DNA from: Phascolarctobacterium succinatutens
Lineage (GTDB): Bacteria; Bacillota; Clostridia; Christensenellales; CAG-917
Direction of reading: 5' to 3'
Assembly (NCBI GenBank): GCA_963593735.1
Contig: CAVBBF010000004.1
Span: forward strand, 1-63,896
DNA length: 63,896 bases
A program made the translations under genes and the position numbers. This document shows, piece after piece, positions 56,331 through 63,896 of this stretch (the stretch's first letter is position 1; every line of letters starts with the position of its first letter). The notes under the pieces are model-generated. The model made no database searches and was not told where the DNA came from. It was given only the letters and a program-made list of their open reading frames with translations.

Positions 56331-56834
56331 ATGGATTTTCTTTTGCCAGACGACGAAACCGTGAAAAAGATGTGCGCCGAATACGCTTGCCGTATAAACA
56401 AAAATGCAGGCGCGCTCGGATACATAAACGAGTTAAATTCGAACGACAATCAAAACGGCGACTCGAACAATCGCTTAAACGAATCACAAAATCAAAGCGG
56501 CGGCGCAAACGACAACCCGAACGGCAATAAATGCGGCGACGATTCGGGCAACGAGCCGCAAGGCAGTCGATGCAACCTCATAAACGACAATCCGCACGCT
56601 ATGTCGCAAAAAGATTTGCAAAACAACGAAACGGCAAACTCCGCTCTCACGCGGTGCGCGTATGCCTGCAATATATGCGATATAAAAGTTTTATTTCTTT
56701 ACATTGTTTTGCTTTTGAGATATAATGCAAGGTATGGAACTCAAATTTATGACTCCGACCGAGGTATGGGAAGGGTTCGATCCGCGCATTGCGCCTTTGG
56801 AAGCCTCAATAATCTCGTGTCAAACAACGGATAA
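56331..56834 (+). CDS. hypothetical N/D/Q/G-rich low-complexity protein (uncertain)
   Basis: ATG lies 7 nt after AGAGGTG. MDFLLPDDETVKKMCAEYACRINK, then an Asn/Asp/Gln-rich stretch. The frame runs through the next promoter and 100 nt into the next gene. Confidence 0.3.
   Translation: MDFLLPDDETVKKMCAEYACRINKNAGALGYINELNSNDNQNGDSNNRLNESQNQSGGANDNPNGNKCGDDSGNEPQGSRCNLINDNPHAMSQKDLQNNETANSALTRCAYACNICDIKVLFLYIVLLLRYNARYGTQIYDSDRGMGRVRSAHCAFGSLNNLVSNNG
56698..56726 (+). promoter_or_regulatory. sigma-A type promoter positioned for a leaderless transcript
   Basis: TTTACA (56698-56703), 17 nt, TATAAT (56721-56726). The ATG at 56734 lies 7 nt downstream and has no SD. Confidence 0.55.
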
Positions 56835-58392
56835 TTTTGTCTGCTCGAAGCAGATTTTCACGGCAGAAACCTCAAAAGAGGGGCGCGTGCGCATATGTTG
56901 CAACTTCTATTACGACGCACGCTGGCAAGACGCACGTCCTGCCGTTTTGGTGTTGCCGTCTTTCAAAAATCCGCATTCGTCCGACGCAATGCGTCTGCTT
57001 GTCGAGGAAGGATTTGTCGCTTGCACGCTCGATTACTGCGGCATATTCGAAGATACAAAAACGGCTTATCCGTCCGATTTGAGTTTTGCTCGCTTCCCCG
57101 ATTGCCAAAATCATCTCGACAGCATCGAAACCACCGCGCGCAACACGCCTTGGTTCGTATGGGCGAAGATAGCGCGCCGCGCAATAAGTCTTATGCAAGA
57201 GCAAAGCATTGTCCTTAGCGAGCGCATAGGCATATTGGGCTTCGGTATAGGCGCACAACTTTGCTGGCTCGTTGCAGGCACCGACAAACGCATTCGCTCG
57301 ATGACGGCAATAAACGGCGGCGGCTACCGCTGGGCAGAACACAACGCAAGATTTTTGGGTAGCGACATACCTTCAAGCGACGAGCAACTGGCATACTCGA
57401 CGGGTATAGGCGCGGAAACGTACGCAATGTTCGTCGTCTGCCCCACCCTTGCAATCGCAACGCGCGACTCGGTGTATTGCGACGTTGACAGAATCGGAGA
57501 TATGCTCGACCTCGTAAAATCCGAAGTGAAGCAACTCATAATCTCGGATTCCTGCGATATGCAGATAACAAAAAGCGTATACTCCGCGCTCGTGCTGTGG
57601 CTTCGTTCTCATCTTGCAAATACATCGGATGCGATTGCAACGTCGCTACGCTTCGAAACGACGGACGGAAAGTTGTACGTCAAACTCAATTCCGGCAAAA
57701 AAGCGGACAAACGCACGCTGTACGTAAGTTACGGCGAGCCGTCCTCTCGCCAAAGATATTGGCAATCCTTCGACGTGCGTCAAAAAGTCGGCGAGCACGA
57801 ATACGTCTGCGACGTTCCCGTCTACGACGGCGAGGAACTCGTCGTTGCGTACGCAACGCTCATATATCCCGACTCAAACGTGATTTCCACAAAAGTCACA
57901 AGCATTATCCCTGCAAAACACGACGTGAGCGCGGTTGAAACTTCGCCGCGAATCTCGAAGGTCCTTTATGACGGAAGTATGGGGCTTGGAGAATTCGTGG
58001 CAAAAACGGACGACGCGCTTTTGGACGACAACAATCTGTTTGTCGCGGACGGACCGTTTGCCATAAGGGGCATATCTGCAAAAAAAGGCAACGTCGCGCT
58101 TTGCAGAAGCATACAGGAAATGACATCCACAAGCCGCACCGCCATACTTCACATCGACGCGTACTCCAAAACGTCGGGCACCCTGAGCGTGTGCGTGTAC
58201 ACCTACCCCGACCTCAAAAAATACTCCGCGCGCACAAAACTGAAAGGCGGCGAGTTCTGGCAAAAACTGCTCTTCGAATCCGCCGACTTCAAGAGCGAGG
58301 AAGGTCGCACCCTCTCTTCGTTCTCGGTGGTGAAAACCATAGAGGTCGAAAACGCAGGCGGAATTGTTTTCAACAACTTTTTGTGGATTTGA
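56734..58392 (+). CDS. alpha/beta-hydrolase-like protein (acetyl-esterase-like N-terminal half), nucleophile apparently absent
   Basis: 552 aa from MELKF. The expected nucleophile elbow reads G-F-G-I-G (57238-57252) instead of G-x-S-x-G. The fold assignment is by eye only. Confidence 0.35.
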   Translation: MELKFMTPTEVWEGFDPRIAPLEASIISCQTTDNFVCSKQIFTAETSKEGRVRICCNFYYDARWQDARPAVLVLPSFKNPHSSDAMRLLVEEGFVACTLDYCGIFEDTKTAYPSDLSFARFPDCQNHLDSIETTARNTPWFVWAKIARRAISLMQEQSIVLSERIGILGFGIGAQLCWLVAGTDKRIRSMTAINGGGYRWAEHNARFLGSDIPSSDEQLAYSTGIGAETYAMFVVCPTLAIATRDSVYCDVDRIGDMLDLVKSEVKQLIISDSCDMQITKSVYSALVLWLRSHLANTSDAIATSLRFETTDGKLYVKLNSGKKADKRTLYVSYGEPSSRQRYWQSFDVRQKVGEHEYVCDVPVYDGEELVVAYATLIYPDSNVISTKVTSIIPAKHDVSAVETSPRISKVLYDGSMGLGEFVAKTDDALLDDNNLFVADGPFAIRGISAKKGNVALCRSIQEMTSTSRTAILHIDAYSKTSGTLSVCVYTYPDLKKYSARTKLKGGEFWQKLLFESADFKSEEGRTLSSFSVVKTIEVENAGGIVFNNFLWI

Positions 58393-58425
58393 AAATAATC
58401 TGCGCCCAAAACAATATACTTTTGT

Positions 58426-59031
58426 ATGCAAGATTTCCCGTTTTTTGAACAAGAACCGATACAGGAAGAACCCAAACGCCGCTCGAAGCGCATTGCTATT
58501 TCGGTTGCAATCGTGCTTTTGGTGGTGATTTTGGCTGTTGCAAGCGCACTGTTAGTCAAATACTACGTCATTGCAACGTTCACGGTTGACGGGATATCTA
58601 TGTACCCGACTCTCGACGGAGGCTCGGGCGCGCACAGCGACTCAGACCGCAACAACGGCGAAACGCTCTATCTCAACAAACTTGCAAAGATAAATCGCGG
58701 CGACATCGTCGTTTTTGTCCCCGACAGCGGAATATTTAAGGGCAGAACCCTCGTGAAAAGAGTTATCGCAGTGGGCGGCGACCACATCGTGATATCAAAC
58801 AACATCGTATATCTCAACGGCAAACAACTCGACGAAAGTTACGTCAACCAAGACGAAACTGCGCAATACAACGACTTGGACGTTTACGTCGAGGACGGCT
58901 ATGTCTTTTGTATGGGCGACAATCGCAATCACTCGACAGACTGCCGAGAGTTTGGACAGGTAAGTCTTGACCGCATTGTCGGAAGATGTTTTTTGATAAA
59001 AGGTATAAACGGAAAATTTAGAAAAGCGTGA
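58426..59031 (+). CDS. lepB: signal peptidase I
   Basis: N-terminal TM segment. Catalytic Ser box GISMYPTL, Lys box LVKRVIAVGGD, and GDNRNHSTDCREFG. Confidence 0.9.
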   Translation: MQDFPFFEQEPIQEEPKRRSKRIAISVAIVLLVVILAVASALLVKYYVIATFTVDGISMYPTLDGGSGAHSDSDRNNGETLYLNKLAKINRGDIVVFVPDSGIFKGRTLVKRVIAVGGDHIVISNNIVYLNGKQLDESYVNQDETAQYNDLDVYVEDGYVFCMGDNRNHSTDCREFGQVSLDRIVGRCFLIKGINGKFRKA

Positions 59032-59200
59032 TGTTGCATTGCACTCGATAATTTTGAATATATTCAAAAAGGCACAACGCTATTCACTTTATTATATTCC
59101 GTTTGCTCTTAAATTATATGGTTTTATACCTTATTTAACTCAATATCTTTATTGACACAATAAGTAATCATAGGGGTCAAGTGGCTCCTACTTTAACGTG

Positions 59201-60559
59201 TTAGACAATCGTTCCTTTTGCCAAATCTTCGGCGATAAAAGAGCAGAAGTAAAAAGGAACGGTTAGCAACTTTTGCTTATCGTCAAAACCGTAATTGTTT
59301 CTTGATACCTTAATTGCAAACTCAAATTTATTGTGATTTGAAAACTTTTCCAAAGAGTTCAACATGCCGCGCCCTTTCTTAACGTCAATCGGGAACAACT
59401 TATTGTTGGATTCCACGATAAATTCAAGTTCGGCGGACAATTTACCCTTCCAATAAAAGAGATTTATGCCTTGTGCAATAAGCTCGTTTGCGACAAAGTT
59501 CTCAAAGAATATACCGGACAACATATTTTCTTTGTCGGGCGAAACAAACGATGATGCGTTTATTCCGCTTTGATAGGAAAACATACCGCTATCCGCGAGA
59601 TACAAACGAAAATTACTATCGTTATCTTGAATAAGAGGCATAGTAATATGTTCTTTGAGCTGATACGACCTATTTACAATATGCGCCATTGTAAGCCAAT
59701 CAATGGCAGTCGCAAAGTCGCGAGTTTTGCTTTTTTCTTCTATAAGCCCCGGCGAAAAATTCTTTGATTCTTTATTGAGTTCCTTATATATATTTGAAAA
59801 CAATGAACGTGAACGCAAGATGGCTTCTCTGCTTGCTTGATACAATTCCATATCGGAAAGATAATTGTCGTATAGAACTTTAAGAATCTCTCTCGACTCG
59901 AAAAGATTTTTCGTCGTAATATAGTTATCTACGACTTCGGGCATTCCGCCAACAAGCATATATTTATAAACTTGTTCCAATGCAAGCTCATGTACGCTTG
60001 CATCTAATGCCATCTTTTCTGAATATGCCTTTTTTATTTTTTGGTATAGCATTTTGTTGCTATTCAAAAGGAACTCTTCAAAAGTAAGCGGATATATTGT
60101 AATTTGATTTATCTTGCCGACGGGAAACAAAAATTTAGAATTGTTTTCCGAGCCACGCTTATTAGTTTCTCTTTGAAGTTTTATTCTTACCATAGAACCG
60201 GTTGCAATAACCGGAATTTCTTTGAAATCTTGGCAAAAATACTTCAATGCAGAGATAATGTTCGGGCATTCTTGAACTTCATCAAAAATCAATAAGGTTT
60301 TGCTGTCTATTTGTCTGCCTTTTTGAAGGGATATAAACTCAATAATCTTTTCTGCGTTTGCTGTAGAAAAGCAAAATTCACGAATTTCATCTTCTTTCTT
60401 GCAATCAATGTAGATAAAACTGTCCTTATAATATCTATCGGCAAAAATATCCTTAACCAAATAAGTTTTGCCAACCTGACGTGCGCCCCAAACAATCAAA
60501 GGCTTTCTGTTTGTGCTTTTATTCCATTCTATAAGTTTTTGTGTTGCCAATCTTTCCAT
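59201..60559 (-). CDS. AAA+ ATPase of the DUF4143-containing family
   Basis: Start MERLATQ at 60559, 9 nt after AGGAG. Walker A GARQVGKTY and Walker B LLIFDEVQ. Long C-terminal region typical of the ATPase-plus-DUF4143 architecture. AT-rich relative to neighbours by eye. Confidence 0.7.
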   Translation of the reverse strand: MERLATQKLIEWNKSTNRKPLIVWGARQVGKTYLVKDIFADRYYKDSFIYIDCKKEDEIREFCFSTANAEKIIEFISLQKGRQIDSKTLLIFDEVQECPNIISALKYFCQDFKEIPVIATGSMVRIKLQRETNKRGSENNSKFLFPVGKINQITIYPLTFEEFLLNSNKMLYQKIKKAYSEKMALDASVHELALEQVYKYMLVGGMPEVVDNYITTKNLFESREILKVLYDNYLSDMELYQASREAILRSRSLFSNIYKELNKESKNFSPGLIEEKSKTRDFATAIDWLTMAHIVNRSYQLKEHITMPLIQDNDSNFRLYLADSGMFSYQSGINASSFVSPDKENMLSGIFFENFVANELIAQGINLFYWKGKLSAELEFIVESNNKLFPIDVKKGRGMLNSLEKFSNHNKFEFAIKVSRNNYGFDDKQKLLTVPFYFCSFIAEDLAKGTIV

Positions 60560-60583
60560 AGCTATTGCTCCTTTCGTAGTCTT

Positions 60584-60612
60584 ATTATACACGAAATCGA
60601 ATTGTTTTGCAA
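60584..60612 (-). promoter_or_regulatory. promoter of the AAA ATPase gene
   Basis: Minus strand: TTGCAA (60612-60607), 17 nt, TATAAT (60589-60584). Confidence 0.6.
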
Positions 60613-60621
60613 GAGTTTAGA

Positions 60622-60706
60622 TGTGTTATTTGCACTTTTTTCGGTATTTTTTAATGTGTTGTTTGCACCTTTTTAAGTGTTATTTTGTCGATTGTTTGCA
60701 CCTTTT
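60622..60706 (+). repeat. three direct repeats with 33-bp phasing upstream of the ATPase promoter
   Basis: TGTGTTATTTGCACTTTTT (60622), TGTGTTGTTTGCACCTTTTT (60655), ATTGTTTGCACCTTTT (60691). The TTTGCAC cores start at 60629, 60662 and 60695. Confidence 0.7.
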
Positions 60707-60986
60707 AACGCTTTTCGCAAAAATCAGTGTGCTTAATTTCGACATTTTACGAGCAAAATAGGGAACTTTTTGGGTTTATTGTAGCCGTATTTACAAATTC
60801 CTTTTGTCTTTCGGGGGTATAGCCTAATCGCCTGCATCGACTGGTCAAGGCTCACAAAAAATATTCCGATTTGTAAGGTAAGAACCCCTTAGCATACGCT
60901 TACACAAAACATAATCTTGATTGACTCAAAGGATTTTTTTGATAAAGTGAACCCGTATAATCTACAAAAACACGAATGCAAAATAC

Positions 60987-61748
60987 CTAAGTTAATTTAA
61001 CCGTTTTATTCACGAATTGCCCGTGCGTGTTTTTGCTCTTGTAATTGATCGCCGCTTTCGGGCAACGATGCAGACAGCCGAGGCATAGCGCACATTGATT
61101 TTTTACCCACGTCGGTTTTCCGTCCTTGATTTCTATTGCTTTCACGGGACATTGTCTTGCGCACAATCCGCAACCTATGCAATTTTCATTGACGAAAAAG
61201 TATTTTGTCTGTCTGAACTTATCGTAATTGCGATAGTAACAATTTACGAGCGGTAAAGGTAATTTTGCCGCGACGAAATTGCCCTGTACTCTGTTTTGTA
61301 TCTTGTCTGCAACCTCTTCCGCTTCTTTAATTGCGGCGGCGGTAATCCGTTCGTTCTTCGACTTGTCTTTCAAATTATATATAGGAACCCAAGTATCGAC
61401 GGTTTTGACGGAGTATGCGGCGGATACCGAAACGCCTTTTTTGCGTAATAGGTCGGCAAGGAATTTTGCCGATTGCCCCGTGGTTGTTCCGTAAGCCGAT
61501 ACCGTATATGCGTAAACGTTTTCGGTATGTCTTATATCCAGATATTTGACGAAATCCGATACGACAGAGGGCAGTCCCCAAAAGTAAGTGGGCGTTACAA
61601 AGCCGATTGTTTCGCATTCGCCACAATCAAACGAAAAATCCTTATTTTGCATACAATCTTTAATTGCCACGATTTTGTCGCCTGTCTTTTTTGAAATCGT
61701 TTCGGCAATCATTTTACAGTTGCCGGTTGCGGAAAAATAAAATATCAT
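60987..61748 (-). CDS. flavodoxin-like plus 2x[4Fe-4S] ferredoxin fusion (EFR1-type)
   Basis: Start MIFYFSATGNCK at 61748, 6 nt after GGAGGA. Cluster motifs CIGCGLCARQCP and CALCLGCLHRCP. Confidence 0.75.
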   Translation of the reverse strand: MIFYFSATGNCKMIAETISKKTGDKIVAIKDCMQNKDFSFDCGECETIGFVTPTYFWGLPSVVSDFVKYLDIRHTENVYAYTVSAYGTTTGQSAKFLADLLRKKGVSVSAAYSVKTVDTWVPIYNLKDKSKNERITAAAIKEAEEVADKIQNRVQGNFVAAKLPLPLVNCYYRNYDKFRQTKYFFVNENCIGCGLCARQCPVKAIEIKDGKPTWVKNQCALCLGCLHRCPKAAINYKSKNTHGQFVNKTVKLT

Positions 61749-61793
61749 AGAATCCTCCGGAATCATTGTTTTCGCTTGTACATTTTTTTGCAC

Positions 61794-61822
61794 TTGCAAA
61801 ATTTCTTTCTTCGTGCTATAAT
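61794..61822 (+). promoter_or_regulatory. promoter of the TetR gene
   Basis: TTGCAA (61794-61799), 17 nt, TATAAT (61817-61822). Confidence 0.55.
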
Positions 61823-61910
61823 ATAATCGGAAACTGAATAAAAAACAAGTACCATTTTTTAGCATTGCAAAAACTTGGACATTTGTGGGTAAAATGCAAA
61901 AGGAGAAACA

Positions 61911-62474
61911 ATGAAATACGATATTACAAAGCCGCAGACAAAGGGCGCAAAGAGAGTGTTGGATTCCGTCGGTTCGGCTTTTTTCAATCTGCTTACGGAA
62001 AAAGACTTCGCCGATATTTCCATAAATGAAGTGTGCGAACGTTCAGGTTATCCGCGCGCTACGTTTTATAATTATTTCGATGATAAATACGATCTTTTGA
62101 ACTACCTTTGGTATTCCGTTACGAAGGAAATCAATCTTGAAGAATACGCGGACATCGCCCCAAAAAACAGATTGCCCATATTCTTCGACAGGCTTTATAA
62201 TCTGTTCGATAAATGGTCGGATCATATTCAAAGAATCATCGAACACAATCAGACGGACGACTATTTTATGAGCAGTATTCGTATTTACCTGAATTCGCAA
62301 ATAAAAACGATATGCGAAAGTTGCGTTGAGCCACTACACGGAATTCCGCGCGAAATGCTCGCCGAGCATTATGCGAATACGCTTTATCTTGTCATGGAAT
62401 GGCGTTTTTTGAAAGGCAATGATACGCCGAAGGAAACATTATTCGGATACCTGACCACGTTGTTGGAATTGTAA
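61911..62474 (+). CDS. TetR/AcrR-family transcriptional regulator
   Basis: N-terminal HTH FADISINEVCERSGYPRATFYNYFDDKYDLL. 187 aa. Divergent from the ferredoxin fusion gene. Confidence 0.85.
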   Translation: MKYDITKPQTKGAKRVLDSVGSAFFNLLTEKDFADISINEVCERSGYPRATFYNYFDDKYDLLNYLWYSVTKEINLEEYADIAPKNRLPIFFDRLYNLFDKWSDHIQRIIEHNQTDDYFMSSIRIYLNSQIKTICESCVEPLHGIPREMLAEHYANTLYLVMEWRFLKGNDTPKETLFGYLTTLLEL

Positions 62475-62485
62475 TTATACTCTAA

Positions 62486-62526
62486 GAAGCCCACTATCCG
62501 TTTTATTGGATAGTGGGCTTCGTTTA
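62486..62526 (+). terminator. rho-independent terminator
   Basis: GAAGCCCACTATCC gttttatt GGATAGTGGGCTTC followed by GTTTAT. Confidence 0.75.
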
Positions 62527-62727
62527 TATGATTTCGTGAATAATGAGTCCGCATTTGAATTGGAACTCGATATCGTGTTTTCCTTCGACCTTTAAGAAAA
62601 GAATTATAGACCATCACACTTGTGTGTGTACGACGAAATCTCGTTTTCCGGGCTGTTTTCGGGAGTGTGTCGGACGATAAGTATTCTTTGCGAGTATATT
62701 TTTAACTATCTAAACAAATAAAAATTA

Positions 62728-63204
62728 TTATTCCAATTCGGTGCGAAGGATGAATTGTTTGGGAAGATTGAAAATTTCTTTTTTAAGGAATACCGGGTAA
62801 AAATATTCATCCTGCAATCTGTCAAACTCCAGCCATTCAAAGGTGTGGGTGTGCTTTCCCTCGGTCAGAGTAAACACGTTGCCTCTTTCCGTCAGGTTTG
62901 TATCTGAAATATCCATTAAAAAATAAATGCACAACTCGTGGTAACGGAGATTGTCCACATCCTCGGTAAAAAACGCTTGGTTAAGCCACAGCGCGCGCGA
63001 AATCTTCGATGTCACGCCAAGTTCTTCACGAATTTCCCGCACTACTGCTTGCTCAGCAGTTTCGCCCAGCGCAACTCTTCCGCCGGGAAGATAAAAATAT
63101 GGCGAGCGCTCGTCGTGCATCGCTAAAATTTTATTTTCCGAAACGATTATCGCGCATACTCTGTAATTGAATTTTTGATTTTCACACTTAAATGAAATAT
63201 CCAT
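62728..63204 (-). CDS. NUDIX hydrolase
   Basis: Nudix box GGRVALGETAEQAVVREIREELGV. 158 aa. Upstream promoter TTGAAA-17-TGcTAAAAT on the minus strand. Confidence 0.85.
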   Translation of the reverse strand: MDISFKCENQKFNYRVCAIIVSENKILAMHDERSPYFYLPGGRVALGETAEQAVVREIREELGVTSKISRALWLNQAFFTEDVDNLRYHELCIYFLMDISDTNLTERGNVFTLTEGKHTHTFEWLEFDRLQDEYFYPVFLKKEIFNLPKQFILRTELE

Positions 63205-63305
63205 TGCTTCGCCTCGACAAATCCCGAAGTGTATTTACCCTAATTTTAGCATATTGTGCGGCGTTTTTCAATCATTCGCATCGCTGTAAAAATAACGGTC
63301 TGTAA

Positions 63306-63527
63306 AAAAAGACTTACAGACCGTTACACTTACCTCATGTTGCAGGGCTCGAACCGATATATGAATGGGACACTTGGCAAGATAAAACTGTATGGTCAGT
63401 AATAGGCAACAAGAAAATAACCATAAAAAAACGAGAAATCGCCGATGAATATAAGGCACATTTTGATGCCCTCGTTGCAAAATACCAGACATGTGAGAAT
63501 CCTCCCACCGATGATGAAAATGACTAA
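63306..63527 (+). pseudogene. 3' fragment of a gene with no start codon
   Basis: The open frame ...LEPIYEWDTWQDKTVWSVIGNKKITIKKREIADEYKAHFDALVAKYQTCENPPTDDEND* has no in-frame ATG, GTG or TTG. It is followed by its own terminator and begins inside a hairpin (63294-63326). Confidence 0.45.
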
Positions 63528-63557
63528 ATTAGAGAAATACTATATATAAGCAAACGA

Positions 63558-63591
63558 ACGACTGCATTCTCAAGAATGTGGTCGTTTTTTT
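63558..63591 (+). terminator. rho-independent terminator after the gene fragment
   Basis: ACGAC..CATTC tcaa GAATG..GTCGT followed by TTTTTTT. Confidence 0.7.
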
Positions 63592-63671
63592 ATTGATTAA
63601 GTTTCCATTGATGTGGAAAACAAATCGTTGCGCAAGTAAATTGTGGGAAGAGTTTATGGCTTGTATAAGCA

Positions 63672-63706
63672 TAAAAAAATCAGTCACTCCACGCAAGAAG
63701 TGACTG
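63672..63706 (-). terminator. terminator directly after the tRNA-like fragment
   Basis: Minus strand: CAGTCACT tcttgcgtgg AGTGACTG followed by ATTTTTTT. Confidence 0.65.
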
Positions 63707-63713
63707 AAAAAAA

Positions 63714-63758
63714 TGGCCTGCCTGATTGGAGTCGAACCAACGGCGTTCCGCTTAGGAG
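63714..63758 (-). other. tRNA 3'-half-like fragment (T-arm, acceptor 3' strand, CCA)
   Basis: Minus strand: ...CCGTTGGTTCGACTCCAATCAGGCAGGCCA has a T-stem/loop GTTGG-TTCGACT-CCAAT and a terminal CCA. No D-arm or matching 5' acceptor strand lies upstream, so it is not a complete tRNA. Confidence 0.4.
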
Positions 63759-63896
63759 TTTTGAAAAATTCTCAAAATCCTATTTAAATAAGCGATTTTC
63801 GCACGTTTTTAGCCATTTTAGGCAATATTTTTCGTCTAAAACTGCTAATTTTGTTCGTTTTTTCGGTAAATTTTAGATTTCAAAATAATTTTCAAA

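Noticed and set aside
63268-63492. 74-aa minus-strand ORF, and the 77-aa plus-strand ORF at 63643-63876.
   Set aside because: The first spans a hairpin and lies antisense to a better-supported gene fragment. The second runs across the tRNA-like fragment and its terminator. Neither has an RBS or a motif.
63714-63800. Complete tRNA gene on the minus strand.
   Set aside because: Only the T-arm, acceptor 3' strand and CCA are present. Upstream sequence forms a 9-bp AT-rich hairpin instead of D and anticodon arms, and no complementary 5' acceptor strand exists.

Overview
This 63.9-kb chromosomal segment reads like an endospore-forming, strictly anaerobic Bacillota (Clostridia-like) genome. About 52 protein genes are supported. 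Core metabolism: pyruvate:ferredoxin oxidoreductase, purB-purA, type III glutamine synthetase, split transketolase, dapB, gdhA, and an anaerobic ribonucleotide reductase next to a thioredoxin-reductase-like flavoprotein. Spore and envelope genes: veg, a DUF3794-like protein, a gerA-type germination operon, signal peptidase I, an ECF sigma/anti-sigma pair with a large GLUG-type lipoprotein, and a cluster of three very large unrecognisable envelope proteins. Regulators: several XRE, ArsR and TetR proteins plus an OmpR/histidine-kinase pair. Three small islets look AT-richer by eye (G+C not computed): XRE plus Phd-Doc (about 19.8-21.3 kb), a C5-methyltransferase/PD-(D/E)xK restriction pair (29.4-31.7 kb), and a DUF4143-type AAA ATPase (59.0-61.0 kb). 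The most unusual content is non-coding. A modular family of interspersed repeats fills nearly every long intergenic gap (3.78, 4.4-5.3, 12.9, 29.2, 31.7, 38.1-38.8 and 51.1-51.6 kb). It includes tandem ~22-nt units built from a variable but always self-complementary hairpin plus an invariant linker (AATTTCA or ATATCAT). Paralogous arrays keep the pairing while the stem sequences differ. I do not recognise this as a described repeat or RNA family. A second candidate is a conserved ~53-aa protein encoded divergently from an XRE regulator, present in two diverged copies whose 5' differences are synonymous. No CRISPR array, rRNA, complete tRNA, transposase or integrase is visible. All family names come from motif recognition by eye; no database search or folding computation was run.
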